Assembly: GCA_024137785.1 (NCBI GenBank)
Contig: JAHRHZ010000018.1
Location: 1 to 64,000, forward strand
Origin: Ginglymostoma cirratum
Lineage: Eukaryota
Direction of reading: 5' to 3'
DNA: 64,000 nucleotides
Position numbers and translations under genes: made by a program. Every line of letters begins with the position of its first letter. Within the stretch, counting starts at the first letter, position 1. Under the pieces are notes generated by a model. The model saw nothing but the letters and a program-made list of their open reading frames with translations. It was not told where the DNA came from and did not search any database. Below, one piece after another: positions 13,540 through 26,800 of the stretch.

Positions 13540-14670
13540 AACGTCGGAATAGAGCTGGTCTGAGAGAACAGATGAGCTCCTTGTGCCTGCTTGGAGTTGG
13601 TGGACTGGTCCATATTCAAGAATTCAGAGGCCAAGCTAAATGAGTCTTTCACCACTGTCACTGACTTCAGTAAGTGTGTGGAGGACTGCATACCAAAGAA
13701 GTTAATCAGCGTTTTCCCCAACTGGAAACCATGGATGAACCGGGAGATCTACTCCCTACTGAAGTCCAGGTATGAAGCATTCAAGTTGAGTGACCCTGAC
13801 CTATACCTGGAAATCCAGGTATGACCTTTGCAAAGTCATCAGGATGCCAAGGGACAATACCAAATTAAACAACAGTCTCAGACTAACCATAGAAACACAT
13901 CGATTGTGGTAAGGCTTACACGATATATATAAGTCGAGTAGAATCGCTAACAACATTGCATCCCTCCCCAGCCAGCTCAATGCATTCTATGCTCATTTTG
14001 AATAGAAGGTCAGCAAAATGGTGTCACCTGCCCCGACAACCTCGACTACACATTTACCCACAGTCATATCCGCAGATGTCAGATTGGCCTTCCAGAGGGT
14101 GAACCCATGGACAGCAACAGGCCCAGATGGAGCCCCTAGCCATGCACACAAATCCTGCGCGGACCAGGTAGCAAGAATATTCACTGACATCTTTAACCTC
14201 TACTTACTCCAATGTGAGGTTCCAAACTGCTTCAAGAAGACCACTATCATCCCGATGCCAAAGACAAATCAGGCAGCGTACCTTAATGACTACTGTCTGG
14301 TGGCTCTGACATCCATCATTAGGAAGTGCTTCGAGAGGTTAGTAATGGCATACAACAGCTCCAGCCTCCCAGACTGCCTTGATCCACTGCAGTTTGCCTA
14401 CCATCACAAAAGGACCACAGCAGACACCACCTCCCTGGCCCTACATTTGTCCCTGGAATATGCGGATAACAAGGACACCTGCATCTAACTCCTATTTATC
14501 GTCTTTAGCTCCGCCTTCATCACCATAACTCCAACCAAACTCATTTCCAGATTCCGTGACCTAGGATTCTGCTCCTTACTCTACAGCTGGATCCTTGACT
14601 TCCTGACCCAGATACCGCAGTAAGGATAGGTGACACATTTTCCACAATAATCGTCAACACTGGTACCTCG
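13540..14670 (+). mobile_element. Rex1/Babar-type LINE RT fragment
   Basis: DWSIFK...CVEDCIPKK...FPNWKPWMN, ATGPDG, IFTDIFNL, LNDYCLVALTSIIRKCFERLV, LDPLQFAY. Confidence 0.85.
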
Positions 14671-15206
14671 TAACCCTGGAAAGCTTCACTGTGTTACAGG
14701 CACTCTACAGCTGCATGTTGTTGTTTAATTAGATTTGGGCCAGTCTGCATATCAGCTACTACACTTTGATCTAATATGGGTTTCAATTGTTCCAGATAGA
14801 GACTGGAAAATGATATCATAGACAACAGAGCACAATAGTTGCTGCCTGTGGTTTGGGCACATTTTCTTCCTTTCTATATCTTTGACAATTATTTTTGACA
14901 GAGTATATTCGGCAGGTATTTTAAATCATCCTTTATTTCACTGATGTAACCAATCGCTGAATAAAAGTCTAATTATCTGAACATTAAACTGTGTTTCTCT
15001 GTTCTTGAGCTAATTAGTTTAAAAGGATTGCCAGGAGCTGCTAGCAGCTTGTTCATATTTGAGGTGACAAAGTTTTCACTTCTCACATCACTCTAACTTG
15101 CTGTGTACTCATGTGTAATCAATAACTGCCTTGTAATGATCAGCAACAGAAATGGCAAATGGTTCCTGCCACTTGTTTGAGAGAAGCTGCTGCCCTTGAG
15201 ACATGT

Positions 15207-15280
15207 AAACAATGTAGCTCACTGGCAGCGTGCCTAACTGTAGATCACAAGGTCCAGGATCAAGTCCCACCCTGTGGTAC
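15207..15280 (+). pseudogene. Degenerate tRNA-like sequence (resembles tRNA-Cys; anticodon now GTA) or isolated SINE head
   Basis: A-box TAGCTCACTGG, loop ACTGTAGATC, B-box-like GGATCAAGTCC; acceptor stem does not pair well. Confidence 0.5.
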
Positions 15281-16075
15281 AACACAAACCCACAAACTGC
15301 TGAGAAATAATTTCAATGGTATAAGGGCTGGCTCTGTATTTAACTAATGCTGTGTTCTGCTTGGTGATCTCTGAATGGCCATCTGTAATTCACACATTGT
15401 GATCCCTGGGTCAATTTTCAGCGGTTCTTCAATTAAACCAGTCCTGATCCTCCAATCCTCTCTACTTCGGACCTACCATTTGATCAAGTTTCTGAAACAG
15501 TCACAGTGGACTGGAAACATTTAACTCTGTTTCTCTCTCTGCAATGCTGCCAGCCCTGCTCAGTTTCTCCAGCAATTTCTATTTTTTGAACTGGTTTCTG
15601 GGTTCTTTGTCTTGAGGTCTCATTCCTAGATTGGTAATAAAATTTGTTCATTCCCTCACTTGTGAAAAGTTATGGCATCATTTTACTGAGCACACACTGC
15701 TATATAAATGCCAGTTGTTGTTATAAAGAGGAGGGGATTTTGGCCCAGTGATTTTAAATAAGTGTTTTGACCATATACAGGGCTGTAGCAAATTTGTGAC
15801 TTCTTGAGATTTAAGTGACTGATTGTGAGGAACTTGCACTGAAAAAATAATTACCGTCACTCCTGAAATAAAACTCATTGAGTCAAGTTTAGAAAATCCA
15901 GCCAGTAATGTCCTCCATCAGGAGAGAGCAGCCATTGGTTTATTGTCACTGCTTCCCTTTTACCTTCCTTAAGTCCTGAGAAACGAGACAATAAAGAAGT
16001 TGCAGTTTCCTGGGACACTGTGTTTCTAGACGTACAATAAACTGTGTGGATAAACAGTGTTGTCGCTCTATTGAG

Positions 16076-16127
16076 ATGATCAGTGGAACTCTATTTGCTG
16101 TGACCCTGGCCCTTAGTGTTGCTTTGG
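16076..16127 (+). pseudogene. Leader (signal peptide) exon, copy B: MISGTLFAVTLALSVAL-G
   Basis: Same 52-nt length and G|gtaagt donor as copy A; splices in frame (G+AA = Glu) to the V exon at 19644. Confidence 0.85.
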
Positions 16128-16329
16128 GTAAGTGTTTGCTTTGGAGAAGTTTAACTTGTTAGAAAAGACCTTTCCATGGTTTGTGCTGCTGTGGAGTTTG
16201 TGTGAATTCTATAAGTTTGAACATTGAGAACTGGAGGGAAGTGTCAAAAGGAGAATTTATCGCTGTCTGGAAATTGTTTGGTGCAGCTGACACAGAGCTC
16301 CACAGGTTTGGAGCACAGACCAGAAAACT

Positions 16330-19090
16330 GAGACTAAATAATTATGGCCCCAACACTGATCTCTGTGACCGTCCAATAGCTGCAGGTTTCCATCCTGAAA
16401 ATGCCCCCTTTATCCTCATTCTCTGTCTTCCATTAGTTAGCCAATCCTCTATCCATACTCCTACACTACCTTCAACACAATGGGGGTCTTATTAAGTAGC
16501 CTAGTGTATTGGACCTTATCAAATACTGACTGAAAATTCCTAGATACTACATCCACTGCTTCCTCTTTTCCAAAAAGCAAAATACTGCAGATGATGGAAA
16601 CTTGAAGCAAACACAGAGAATGCTGGAGAATCTCAGCAGGTCTGGCAGTGTTGGCAGAGAGAGAAACAGAGTGAAGATTTCATGTCTAATCTGAGTCTTC
16701 TTCACAAATCTTATGTTACCCTGTAATTGGGTCATTATTTCTGTTATATTGTCCTGTAAGATTGTGCATTCAAGTAAAGAGTCATTAACTTTGCCTTTTT
16801 AACATTTCTTCCCCTGGTGACAGTATTCACTGCTGTTTTTCTGAGTTTGTATCCTCTGTTTGCTCCTGTCCCACTCTGGGTATTGTTATTCAAATAGTTG
16901 CCCTGTAACATTGCTGTCTCCTCTTGCATTGTCACCCTCCAGACCCTTTCTCCTGATCACTGTCCTCTTCTAACTAATTTAAAGCCGTCTCTACAGCCCC
17001 ACAAGGACACTGGTCCCAGCATGGTTCAAGTGAAGTCCATCACAGATGGACAGGTATACCTTTTACCCCAGTACTGGTTCCAGTGACCCACGAACCAAAA
17101 TCCATTCCACCCAGACCAAACTCTGAGCCACATATTGAACTGCTTGACTGTATTTACCCAGTGCCAGTTTGCCTGTGGATCACGCAGTAATCCAGAGATT
17201 CTTACCATGGAGATTCTGCTTTATAAATTAGCTCCAAACTGTTCAAAGTCTTTCAGTGAAACCTCCTTTCTTATGTCCCCAGTGTCGTTGGTCTCAATGT
17301 GGGCAATGATGACTTGACCCTACTCCTCCCTCTCCAAGTTCTTCTCCAGCCCTGTGTAAACCACAGAGAATCTCATTGACATGATGAATGAACCAACCCA
17401 AATAATTAATGTGGGATAAGAGAGTTCTTTTGGACAATCAAAGTAAGATAAATCTCTTTGAGGAAGAGTGAAAATTATTGCATGAATGACATAAAGCCAG
17501 CCTGAGAAACAAAAAGATGCCTTAAATCACTCAAATCAACAGTTTGCTTAGAGGAAAATGGTTGTTAGTTTAGAATGTGTTATGAGTTGGCGCAGCCTTT
17601 CCTGTGCTGTACCGTTCTTTGTTCTTTAATGCCAACATCCCATTTTCCTTCTTCACCGCCTGCTGAACATACACATTTCTTTTCAGCAACTGGTGTATAA
17701 GGACTCCCAGGTCTCATTGCACCACCCCCTCCCACCCCACTTTTCCTAATCTATCACCTTTCAGATAATAATATATCTTCCTGTTTTTGTACCAAACTGG
17801 ATAACCTCACATTTATCCACTTTATCCTCCATCTGCCATGCATCTGCCCGCTCACTGAGCCTGTCCAATTCACACTGAAGGATCTCTGCATCCTCCCCAC
17901 AGCTCACTCACCCACCCAGCTTTGTGTAATCTGCAAACTTGGAGATGTTACGTTTAATTTCCTCATCTAAATCATTAAAGTAAATTTTGACTAGCTAGCC
18001 TAGCATTGTCCTGGCACTAAGATATCCCACTAGTCACTGACTGCCATTCAGAAAAAGACCCCCTTCTCTTTGTTTCCTGTCTGTTAACCAATTCACTATC
18101 TAAATCAGTAAGCTACCTAAATCCCATGTGTTTTAATTTTACATGCTAATCTGTTCTGTGGAGCTTTCTCAAAAGTCTTCAAAAGTTCAAATAAATTACA
18201 CCCCATTACCAACTTTGTGAGTTGCATCAACAAAGAATTTCAGTGGAATTGGCAACCTTGATTTCCCTTTCATAAATCCCTGGTGACTCAGTTTTCCAAA
18301 CGCCCTCTTAATTTTTTTATATAAGGGACTCAAGCATTTTCCCTGCGACCATGTCAGACTGACTAGTCCATCATTCTGTTTTCTCTCTACCTCTACTTTT
18401 TAAATAGTGGGGTTACATTGCCTACCCTCCAACCTATAGGAACTGTTCCAGAGTCTGCAGAACTTGGAAGATGTGGGAGATGTCAGAAAAATGGGATTAG
18501 AGAACCTTGAGTGGTAGTTATTGTCAGTGTAGCCTCGATGGCCTGAATGGCCTTTTCTGTGATGTATGACTCAATGATTCTGTGACCAATGCAGCCACTA
18601 TTGCTAGAGAAACTTCCTTAGGTGCTTTGGATAGATATTATCAGACCCTGGGGATTTATCAGTCTTCAATCCCATCAATTTCTCTAACACCATTTGACTA
18701 CTCATCCTGATTCCTTCAGTTCCTCCCTCTCACTAAAACCTGTATTCCCAACACTTCTCAGATTTTGCTTGTGTCCTTTGTGAAATCAGAAGTGAAGTTT
18801 TTATGTAGTTTGTCAGCCACTTCTTCAACTCCCACATCAAATTCCTTCATGGAGGTCCCTGACAGTCTTCAAAACTCTTTTTTATCACATTCTTACAGAA
18901 AATTTTCCTGTCAATTTTTGTGTTCCCCTCAAGCTTACTCTCGTACATTATTTCCATTCCTTAATCAATCATTAATTAATCACACATTGGGGCTGTTGTT
19001 TCTCAGGTCAATTTGTTTGCCTCTATCTTGGATCTAATACTATCTTGAATTTCCCATGGAAGCCATGGTTTGGCCTCTTGTCCGGTTTTA
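16330..19090 (-). mobile_element. Cluster of decayed CR1 fragments (ORF1 esterase and RT parts) with a short PLE-type insert at about 16575-16710
   Basis: VRISGLL...FNMWLRVWSGWNGFWFVGHWNQYWGK (ORF1), LYLNAQS (start of ORF2), degenerate RT sequence at 17630-19090. Confidence 0.75.
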
Positions 19091-19643
19091 CTTTTGTATC
19101 AGATGACAGTAGCTGTGGTAAAGATCCTGTATCTAGGGAATGGAGGGTGAGACTTCCCATTTCACCCCAATCTAACCCTCAGGACCCTTCCCTGTGGAGA
19201 GGCCTCAATTTGCTGAGGCTGGAAAGGCTGTATCTCTGTTGATCTTTGGGGAAATGCTGCCCCTTTAAATGCTGCCTGGCTGTCATTTCCAATGCAGCAG
19301 ACCATTCCTATTCCAACCCTCACAACTGCTCTGCATTGTGGTGAAGCCTCTCCCACAATGAATAGTTGAGGAAGAGAATTACAGTGTGTGACCAGTCAGC
19401 TTGTGTCAGACAGCGGTTCGACAGAGTGAGATCAACATGTCACTCTAACAGCAACATCTGTATAGCTGTTCGCAGTGACTGATAGCCAGGATATCAATCA
19501 GGAAAAAAATGACCACAACTGGTTCAGTCTGACAACCTGTTCCCCCTTTTTAATGTAGAACTCAGGCTGCTGGGACCCTTCAAATCCTGGCATGAGTTTA
19601 GAACTATCAGACTTATGTCCATTTATTGATTTTTTTTATTTAG

Positions 19644-19990
19644 AAAATGCAAATGCCACAGTCCTTCTCCAGTCTCCGAGCTTGCAACATGTCGCTGAAG
19701 GTCGCACTGTCCGGTTACAGTGCACCGTGAGGTACACTGCAATGACACATACCAATGTTTACTGGTACCGGAAGCAACCAGGACATCAGAGGGAGTGGAT
19801 TTTGGTACATTACTCACTAAATTACACACAACTGTACTCAGGATTCACTGAGTAATTGCTGCCATCCAGAGAACCCTCCAGTAACAGCTTCATCTGGCAA
19901 TCACTAACATGCAGCCCAGTGACACTGGGGTCTAATGCTGCTCAGTATGGGCAACGATCTATACAAGAGGAAGCCAGCTCATTGTAGACA
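19644..19990 (+). pseudogene. Disabled single-exon VJ-type Ig V domain, copy B
   Basis: Acceptor tttatttag|; NANATVLLQSPSLQHVAEGRTVRLQC...VYWYRKQPG...FTE* (TAA 19853) LLPSREPSSNSF/1-nt frameshift/LAITNMQPSDTGV* (TAA 19933) CCSVWATIYTRGSQLIVD; phase-1 donor A|gtaagt. Confidence 0.93.
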
Positions 19991-20654
19991 GTAAGTAGAG
20001 TTTACATGACAATCTCATCCAGCAATAACTTCTTGCTTAATGAAAGAATTGGAGATCAGTTTGTGATCAAGAAGATTGAGGAACTGATGGAGAGTGATCT
20101 CGGGGATGGATTCATTGTGGGGAGGAAGTTGTGCTCAGGATCAATGTCGGTGTTGGGGTATTGGAGGAAGGGTTTTTTTTGTGACAATGGGAGGAGAATT
20201 TTGTGGGAAATGTGGAGCTTTATCCTGGAGAATGAGTGATATTAATTCCATTCGACTCACAAGACTGTCAGTGCCATTGGGTTGGATGAGCAGAGATAGG
20301 GAGACTACTCTGTGAGATGACACATCTGTAGGGGGATCTCACAGTGATTGGGAATGAACCATAGAACACAAAGCGGTATACGCATCTCTCTCCATTTGAG
20401 AGGCAATTGATTCAATCCAAATTAAAGGGAACCGTTCCACATCAAGCATGGGGCAAGGGGATGGACTCACTCTCTATGAACTCCCATGGCTAATATTCTA
20501 ACTTAGGGCCATTCCATTAATTACCATTCGATCTTATTCAGGAGCTCCAGAGAAACCCTACTGTCAAGTTTCACAAGAAAATGTTTTCATAATATCTTTA
20601 AAGCTTCCAAACATGACCAAATTCTGTTTTTTTTTTTTTTTTTTGCAAGCTTAG

Positions 20655-20772
20655 GTTTAACATTTCTTTCTTTCCAAACTATCCCCTGTTCACATCTGGT
20701 CACAATCGGCTTGACGATATTTATTGTGTCCTGCCTCTGCAGTGTTGTTGGGCTGATAGTTTTCATTCATGG
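20655..20772 (+). pseudogene. Candidate transmembrane exon: ...HLVTIGLTIFIVSCLCSVVGLIVFIHG
   Basis: About 23 uncharged, mostly hydrophobic codons after a poly-T tract and cttag| acceptor, in phase with the V exon; donor is only GG|gcaatt. Confidence 0.55.
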
Positions 20773-21088
20773 GCAATTCATTTCTTCCCAAACAATCTGT
20801 CCCAGACTTTATGATTCAAACCACCTTGGACTGTTTCAATTGATCTTGATTTAAATTAAAATTTTAAAACATTAAATTTCCATGTCCCTTAAATTTCAAT
20901 TAAATTTTCTATTCCATGCTTGAACTAATAACTTGAATCATATTCTTTGATCAGTCCCAAATTCAGAAACAATGATGTTCAGGCTTCGTTGTTTGAAGCA
21001 ATGCTTTGATATTAGAGTTTGAAGGTGATCACAGTCAGTTCGTGTTTTTCCTGTTCCCAAAGACTTCCAGGCCTTTCACTGTGTTCAG

Positions 21089-21146
21089 GTACCTGCTTGA
21101 AAGTACAAAAATACAACCCACTGTGACCCTGGAAGAAGCCCAATGG
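21089..21146 (+). pseudogene. Possible juxtamembrane exon YLLESTKIQPTVTLEEAQW
   Basis: tgttcag| acceptor, open in phase 2 after the TM candidate, weak donor gttaat. Confidence 0.25.
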
Positions 21147-23869
21147 GTTAATCTTGTCCAAACATGCCAAAAGAGATAGAAGCAGAATTAGGCCATTCAG
21201 CCCTGTTGCAGCAAACATTATAAATGCTCCACAACCTCATTCTTAATAATAGACTTAAAATCTTACCAACCACTGAGGTCAGGCTAACCACCAACAGCTT
21301 GCTCTCTTCTGCTTCTCTCCCTTCTTAAACAGCAGTGTCACATAAGCCAGTTTCCAGACCCCTATGACTGTCCCCAACTCCAGTGATTCCTGAAAGATCA
21401 TTGCCAATTCCTCCACAAGCAACTTTTCAAAGTTCAACTCTCAAACTCAAACCAAAGATCCACCAAGAAAAGTGAGAAAACTAAAAGAACATGAGTGATG
21501 GTCTCAATATGCCTCCACCCTCAACAATAAAAAACTATCTCAAAAAAGAAATGTGCTTCATGACAAAGTTAGTACCACTGAAATAACAAGCAAGAAACAA
21601 AATTCACAGTTAATCAATTCTTCCTCTCATTAGGGTCTTAATCACAGTACAACTTTCTTGGGAATATTTGTAACTTTTCAACAGCTTATGTTTGGGATAA
21701 ATTGCCAGCAATAACATTTTCTTTCCCTCAGATATGATTAATTTTTATTGCTAGGGATCAGACCCTATCAAAATATTTTAAGAAGGTATCGTAGACCCTA
21801 ACTTTATCTTATTTTAAAGAAAAAATGTGAGGTGCCGTGATCCTGATGCAATGCGGCTGGTCAAACTGCTCAATATCAAGCAAAACACAATTTATTTAAA
21901 CACTGTAGTCAAAACATAAGTAAAGAAAGAGGAATTTAGAATAACCTAACACTATTGGAAAGTTTAACTGAATAACAGATAAAGTAAGTATTCAAAAAAT
22001 TTCAGAAACATTTTTCCGAAGAAGGGTCCTGACCCAAAACTTTAGCTTTCCTGCTCCTCTGATGCTGCCTGGCCTGCTGTGTTCATCCAGCTCCACATTG
22101 TGTTATCTCTGACTCCAGCATCAGCAGCTCTTACCATCTCATTATTATAGAAAGATGGCTTTTTTTTTCAAAACCTTTAGTCTTATTCTATTAGTACACA
22201 ACAATACATATACATTACATTGACTCTCAGCTTACAAGCAATAACTTCTCCATTCTACTTCAGTCTGTTTACTCCTGCCAATGAATGCATCCGTCTTTCT
22301 TCAAAGTTGTGACAACAAGTCGGCAATTACGTTTTCTTGTCCTGCCATGTGTATAATTTTCAAATTGAATGGCTGCAGTAACAAACTCCATCTAAACAGG
22401 TTGGAATTATTGTCCTGAAATTTCTCCGAAAACTTTAATGGGTTATAATTAGTATATACAACTGCCTCAGGCACAGTACTGGCAATATAAATGTTGAAAT
22501 GTTGTATTACCAACAGCAAGCTCCAGGTTTCCTTTTCAATTATGAATAATTCTGTTGATCAGTATACAATCTTCTAGAAAAATACCCAAGAGATATTTCT
22601 ATCTTCTCATCATTTTCTTGCAAGAGTACAACGCTGACACCCGCAGCATTCACATCGATAGCCACTTTGAACGGCTTTGTGCAATTAGGTGTGGCTACCA
22701 CTGGGGCAGTCGTTAACACAGCTTTCAGGCTGTTAAATCCTGCTGACAGCCTGCTGTCCACTGAAATTTTCTGCACTTCTTCAATAAGTCAGTCAGTGGA
22801 GAAACTACAGTGCTAAAATTCAGCATCAACTTCTGATAAAAACTACACAATACCAGGAATTGCAGTGCTTTCCTCTTCTTTAATGGTATAGGAAATTCCC
22901 CAATTACCTTTGTTTACACATTCCGTGGACCTATCTGTCCCTGTTCAATAGGCATGGCCTAGGAGTGTGACTTGGGTTTTTGCAAATTCTCACTTCGCCA
23001 GGTTTAGCACCTAGTCTGCATCCCAAAGTTGATCAAAAAATTCTAATAAATGCTGCAAATGTCCCTTCCATGTGTGACAAAAAATCACCAGGTCACCAAT
23101 GTACATCACACAATTGTTTAATCCAGAAATAACTTTATTAGTTAGTCTTTAAAATGTGGCTGGTACATTTTCATACCAAATAGCACGACTTTGAATTGGT
23201 ACAGTGCATTTTGTATCACAAAAGCTGAAGTTATCTTTGGTCTTTTGGATAAAGGTACCTGCAAGTATCCTCTGAGTAAATCTAACTTAGACATATAAGT
23301 TGCTTATCCCACCTTCTAAATACAGTCTTCTGAATGTGGAATAAAATATGAATCACTCTTTGTAACTTCATCGACTTTGCAATAGTCCACACATAATCAT
23401 TGGCTGCCATCTAGTTTTGGCACCATTGCTATGGGTGAGCTGCAGTAGCTGCAACTCATTATCCAAATGTGGTCTCTTAACTAAAAATATCCATGTTGTC
23501 CGCCACCTGTTCTTGTTTTTTTTCTCGACCATTTGATCAAACGTAGTTTCGGATAAATGTGTTTTAACTTCTTTTATGTTTAAACTTTAGTTTCTCCTCC
23601 AGCATCAAACTGTGGCTTTGTGACATTGTTATCACACTTACATGAAAAATCCCAGGCTATACTTCCTGTAATACTTCAGTTGCCTGATTTTTCCCTAGCA
23701 TTCCAACCAAGTGGGCAGCACTCCCACCTGTGATCCAGCTATATCATTATCAAGGACAAATTGTATTCCTGGAGCTCAGAGTTCCTCCAGTACTCCTCCC
23801 ACCACTTCTCCACTTTTCTCTGGACACTCCAACCTCACTTTACATAATGAAGCACTTCTCATCTCACCA

Positions 23870-26800
23870 TAGAATATAGAACATAGAACATAGAAAATTA
23901 CAGTGCAGTACAGGCCCTTCGGCCCTCGAGGTTGCGCCTACCTGTGAAACCTATCTGAAGCCCATCTAACCTACACTATTCTATTATCATCCATATGTTT
24001 ATCCAATGACCATTTAAATGCCCTTAAAGTTGGCGAGTCTACTACTGTTGCAGGCAGGGCATTCCATGCGCTTACTACTCTCTGAATAAAGAACCTACCT
24101 CTGACACCTGTCCTATATCTATCACCCCTCAATTTAAAGCTATGTCTCCTTGTGCTAGCCATCACCATCCGAGGAAAAAGGCTCTCACTATCTAATCCTC
24201 TGATCATCTTGTATGTCTCTATTAAGTAACCTCTTAACCTTCTTCTCTCTAATGAAAACAGCCTCAAGTCCCTCAGCCTTTCCTCATAAGACCTTCCCTC
24301 CATACCAGGCAACATCCTGGTAAATTTCCTCTGCACCCTTTCCAATGCTTCCACATCCTTCCTATAAAGCGGTGACCAGAACTGTATGCAATACTCCAAG
24401 TACGGCCGCACCAGAGTTTTGTACAGCTGCTACATGACCTCATGGCTCCGAAACTCAATCCCTCTACCAATAAAACCTAACACACCGTATGCCTTCTTAA
24501 CAACCCGATAAACCTGGGTGGCAACTTTCAGGGATCTATGCACATGGACACTGAGATCTCTCTGCTCATCCACACTACCAAGAATCTTACCATTAGCCCA
24601 GTACTCTGTATTCCTGTTACTCCCTCCAAAGTGAATCACCTCACACCTTTCCGCATTAAACTCCATTTGCCACCTCTCAGCCCAGCTCTGCAGCTTACCT
24701 ATGTCCCACTGTAATCTGCAACATCCTTCCACACCATCCACAACTCCACCGACTTTAGTGTCATCCGCAAATTTACTAACCCATCCTTCTATGCCCTCAT
24801 TCAGGTAATTTATAAAAATGACAAACAACGGTGGCCCCAAAACAGATCCTTGCAGTACACCACTAGTAACTGAACTCCAGGATGAACATTTCTCATCAAC
24901 AACCACCCTCTGTCTTCTTACAGCTAGCCAATTTCTGATCCAAATCACTAAATCACCCTCAATCCCATGCATCCGTATTTTCTGCAACAGCCTACCATGG
25001 GGAACCTTATCAAACGCTTTGCTGAAATCCATATACACCACATCAACCGCTTTACCCTCATCCACCTGTTTGGTCACCTTCTCAAAAAACTCAGTAGGGT
25101 TTGTGAGGCATGACCTACTCTTCACAAAACTGTGTTGACTACCCCTAATCAAATTATTCCTTTCTGGATGATTATAAATCCTATCTCTTATAATCCTTTC
25201 CAACACTTTACCCACAACCGAAGAAAGGCTCACTGGTCTATAATTACCAGGGTTGTCTCTACTCCCCTTCTTGAACAATGGGACAACATTTGCTATCCTC
25301 CAGTCTTCTGGCACTGTTCCTGTAAACAATGACGACATAAATATCAAAGCCAAAGGCTCTGCAATCTCCTCCCTAGCTTCCCAGAGAATCCTAGGATAAA
25401 CCCCATCTGGCCCAGGGTATTTATCTATTTTCAGACTTTCCAGAACACTTCCTCCTTATGTACCCCAATCCCGGCTAGTCTAATGACCTGTATCTCAGTA
25501 TTCTCCTCAACGACATTGTCTTTTTCCTGTGTGAATACTGACGAAAAATGTTCATTTGGCGCCTCTCCTATCTCTTCGGACTCCACGGACAACTTCCCAC
25601 TACTGTCCTTGACTGGCCCTAATCTTACTCTAGTCATTCTATTATTCCTGACATACCTATAGAAAGCTTTAGAGTTTTCCTTGATCCTACCTGCCAAAGA
25701 CTTCTCATGTCCCCTCATGGCTATTCTTAGCTCTCTCTTTCGGTCCTTCCTGGCTAGCTTGTAACTCTCAAGCGCCCCAACTGAGCCTTCACGCCTCATC
25801 TTTACATAAGCCTCCATCTTCCTCTTGACAAGAGGTTCAACTTCTTTAGTAAACCATGGTTCCCTCACTCGACCGCTTCGTCCCTGCCTGACAGGTACAT
25901 ATTTATCAAGGACAAGCAGTAACTGATCCTTGAACAAGCTCCACATTTCAATTGTGCCCAGCCCCTGCAGTTTCCTTCCCCATCCTATGCATCCTAAATC
26001 TTGCCTAATCGCTTCATAATTGCCTTTCCCCCAGCTATACCTGTTGCCTTGTGGTATGTACCTATCCCTTTCCATCGCTAAAGTAAACATAACCGAATTG
26101 TGGTCACTATCACCGAAGTGCTCACTTACCTCCAAATCTAACACCTGGCCTGGTTCATTACCCAGTACCAAATCCAATGTTGCCTCGCCTCTTGTTGGCC
26201 TATCTACATACTGTGTCAGGAAACCCTCCTGCGCACATTGGACAAAAACTGACCCATCTAAACTACTTGAACTATAGCATTTCCAGCCAATATTTGGAAA
26301 GTTAAAGTCCCCCATAAAACTACCCTGTTCCTTTCGCTCCTATCCAGAATCATCTTTGCAATCCTTTCCTCTACATTTCTGGTACTTTTTGGAGGCCTGT
26401 AGAAAACTCCCAACAGGGTGACCTCTCCTTTCCTGTTTCTAACCTCAGCCCATACTACCTCAATAGATGAGTCCTCATCAGATGTCCTTTCTGTCACCGT
26501 AATACTGTCCTTGACTAACAATGCCACACCTCCCCCTCTTTTACCATCTTCCCTGATCTTACTGAAACATCTAAACCCCGGAACCTGCCACAACCATTCC
26601 TGTCCCTGCTCTATCCCTGTCTCTGAAAATGGCCACAACATCGAAGTCCCAGGCACCAACCCATGCTGCAAGTTCACCCACCTTATTCCGGATGCTCCTG
26701 GTGTTGAAGTGGACAAAACCACCTTCAAACCACCTTCCTGCCTGCCGGTACACTCCTGCGACCTTGAAACCTTATTCATGATCTCACTACTCTCAACCTC

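Noticed and set aside
20340-20380. CACAGTG heptamer downstream of the V exon (also CACTGTG near 16016)
   Set aside because: 350 bp from the V end and no convincing nonamer at 12 or 23 bp, so not an RSS
21012-21218. - strand ORF containing HSGLYFC, resembling an Ig DxGxYxC motif
   Set aside because: No upstream Cys/Trp or other V strands; the N-terminal part is CR1 tail sequence
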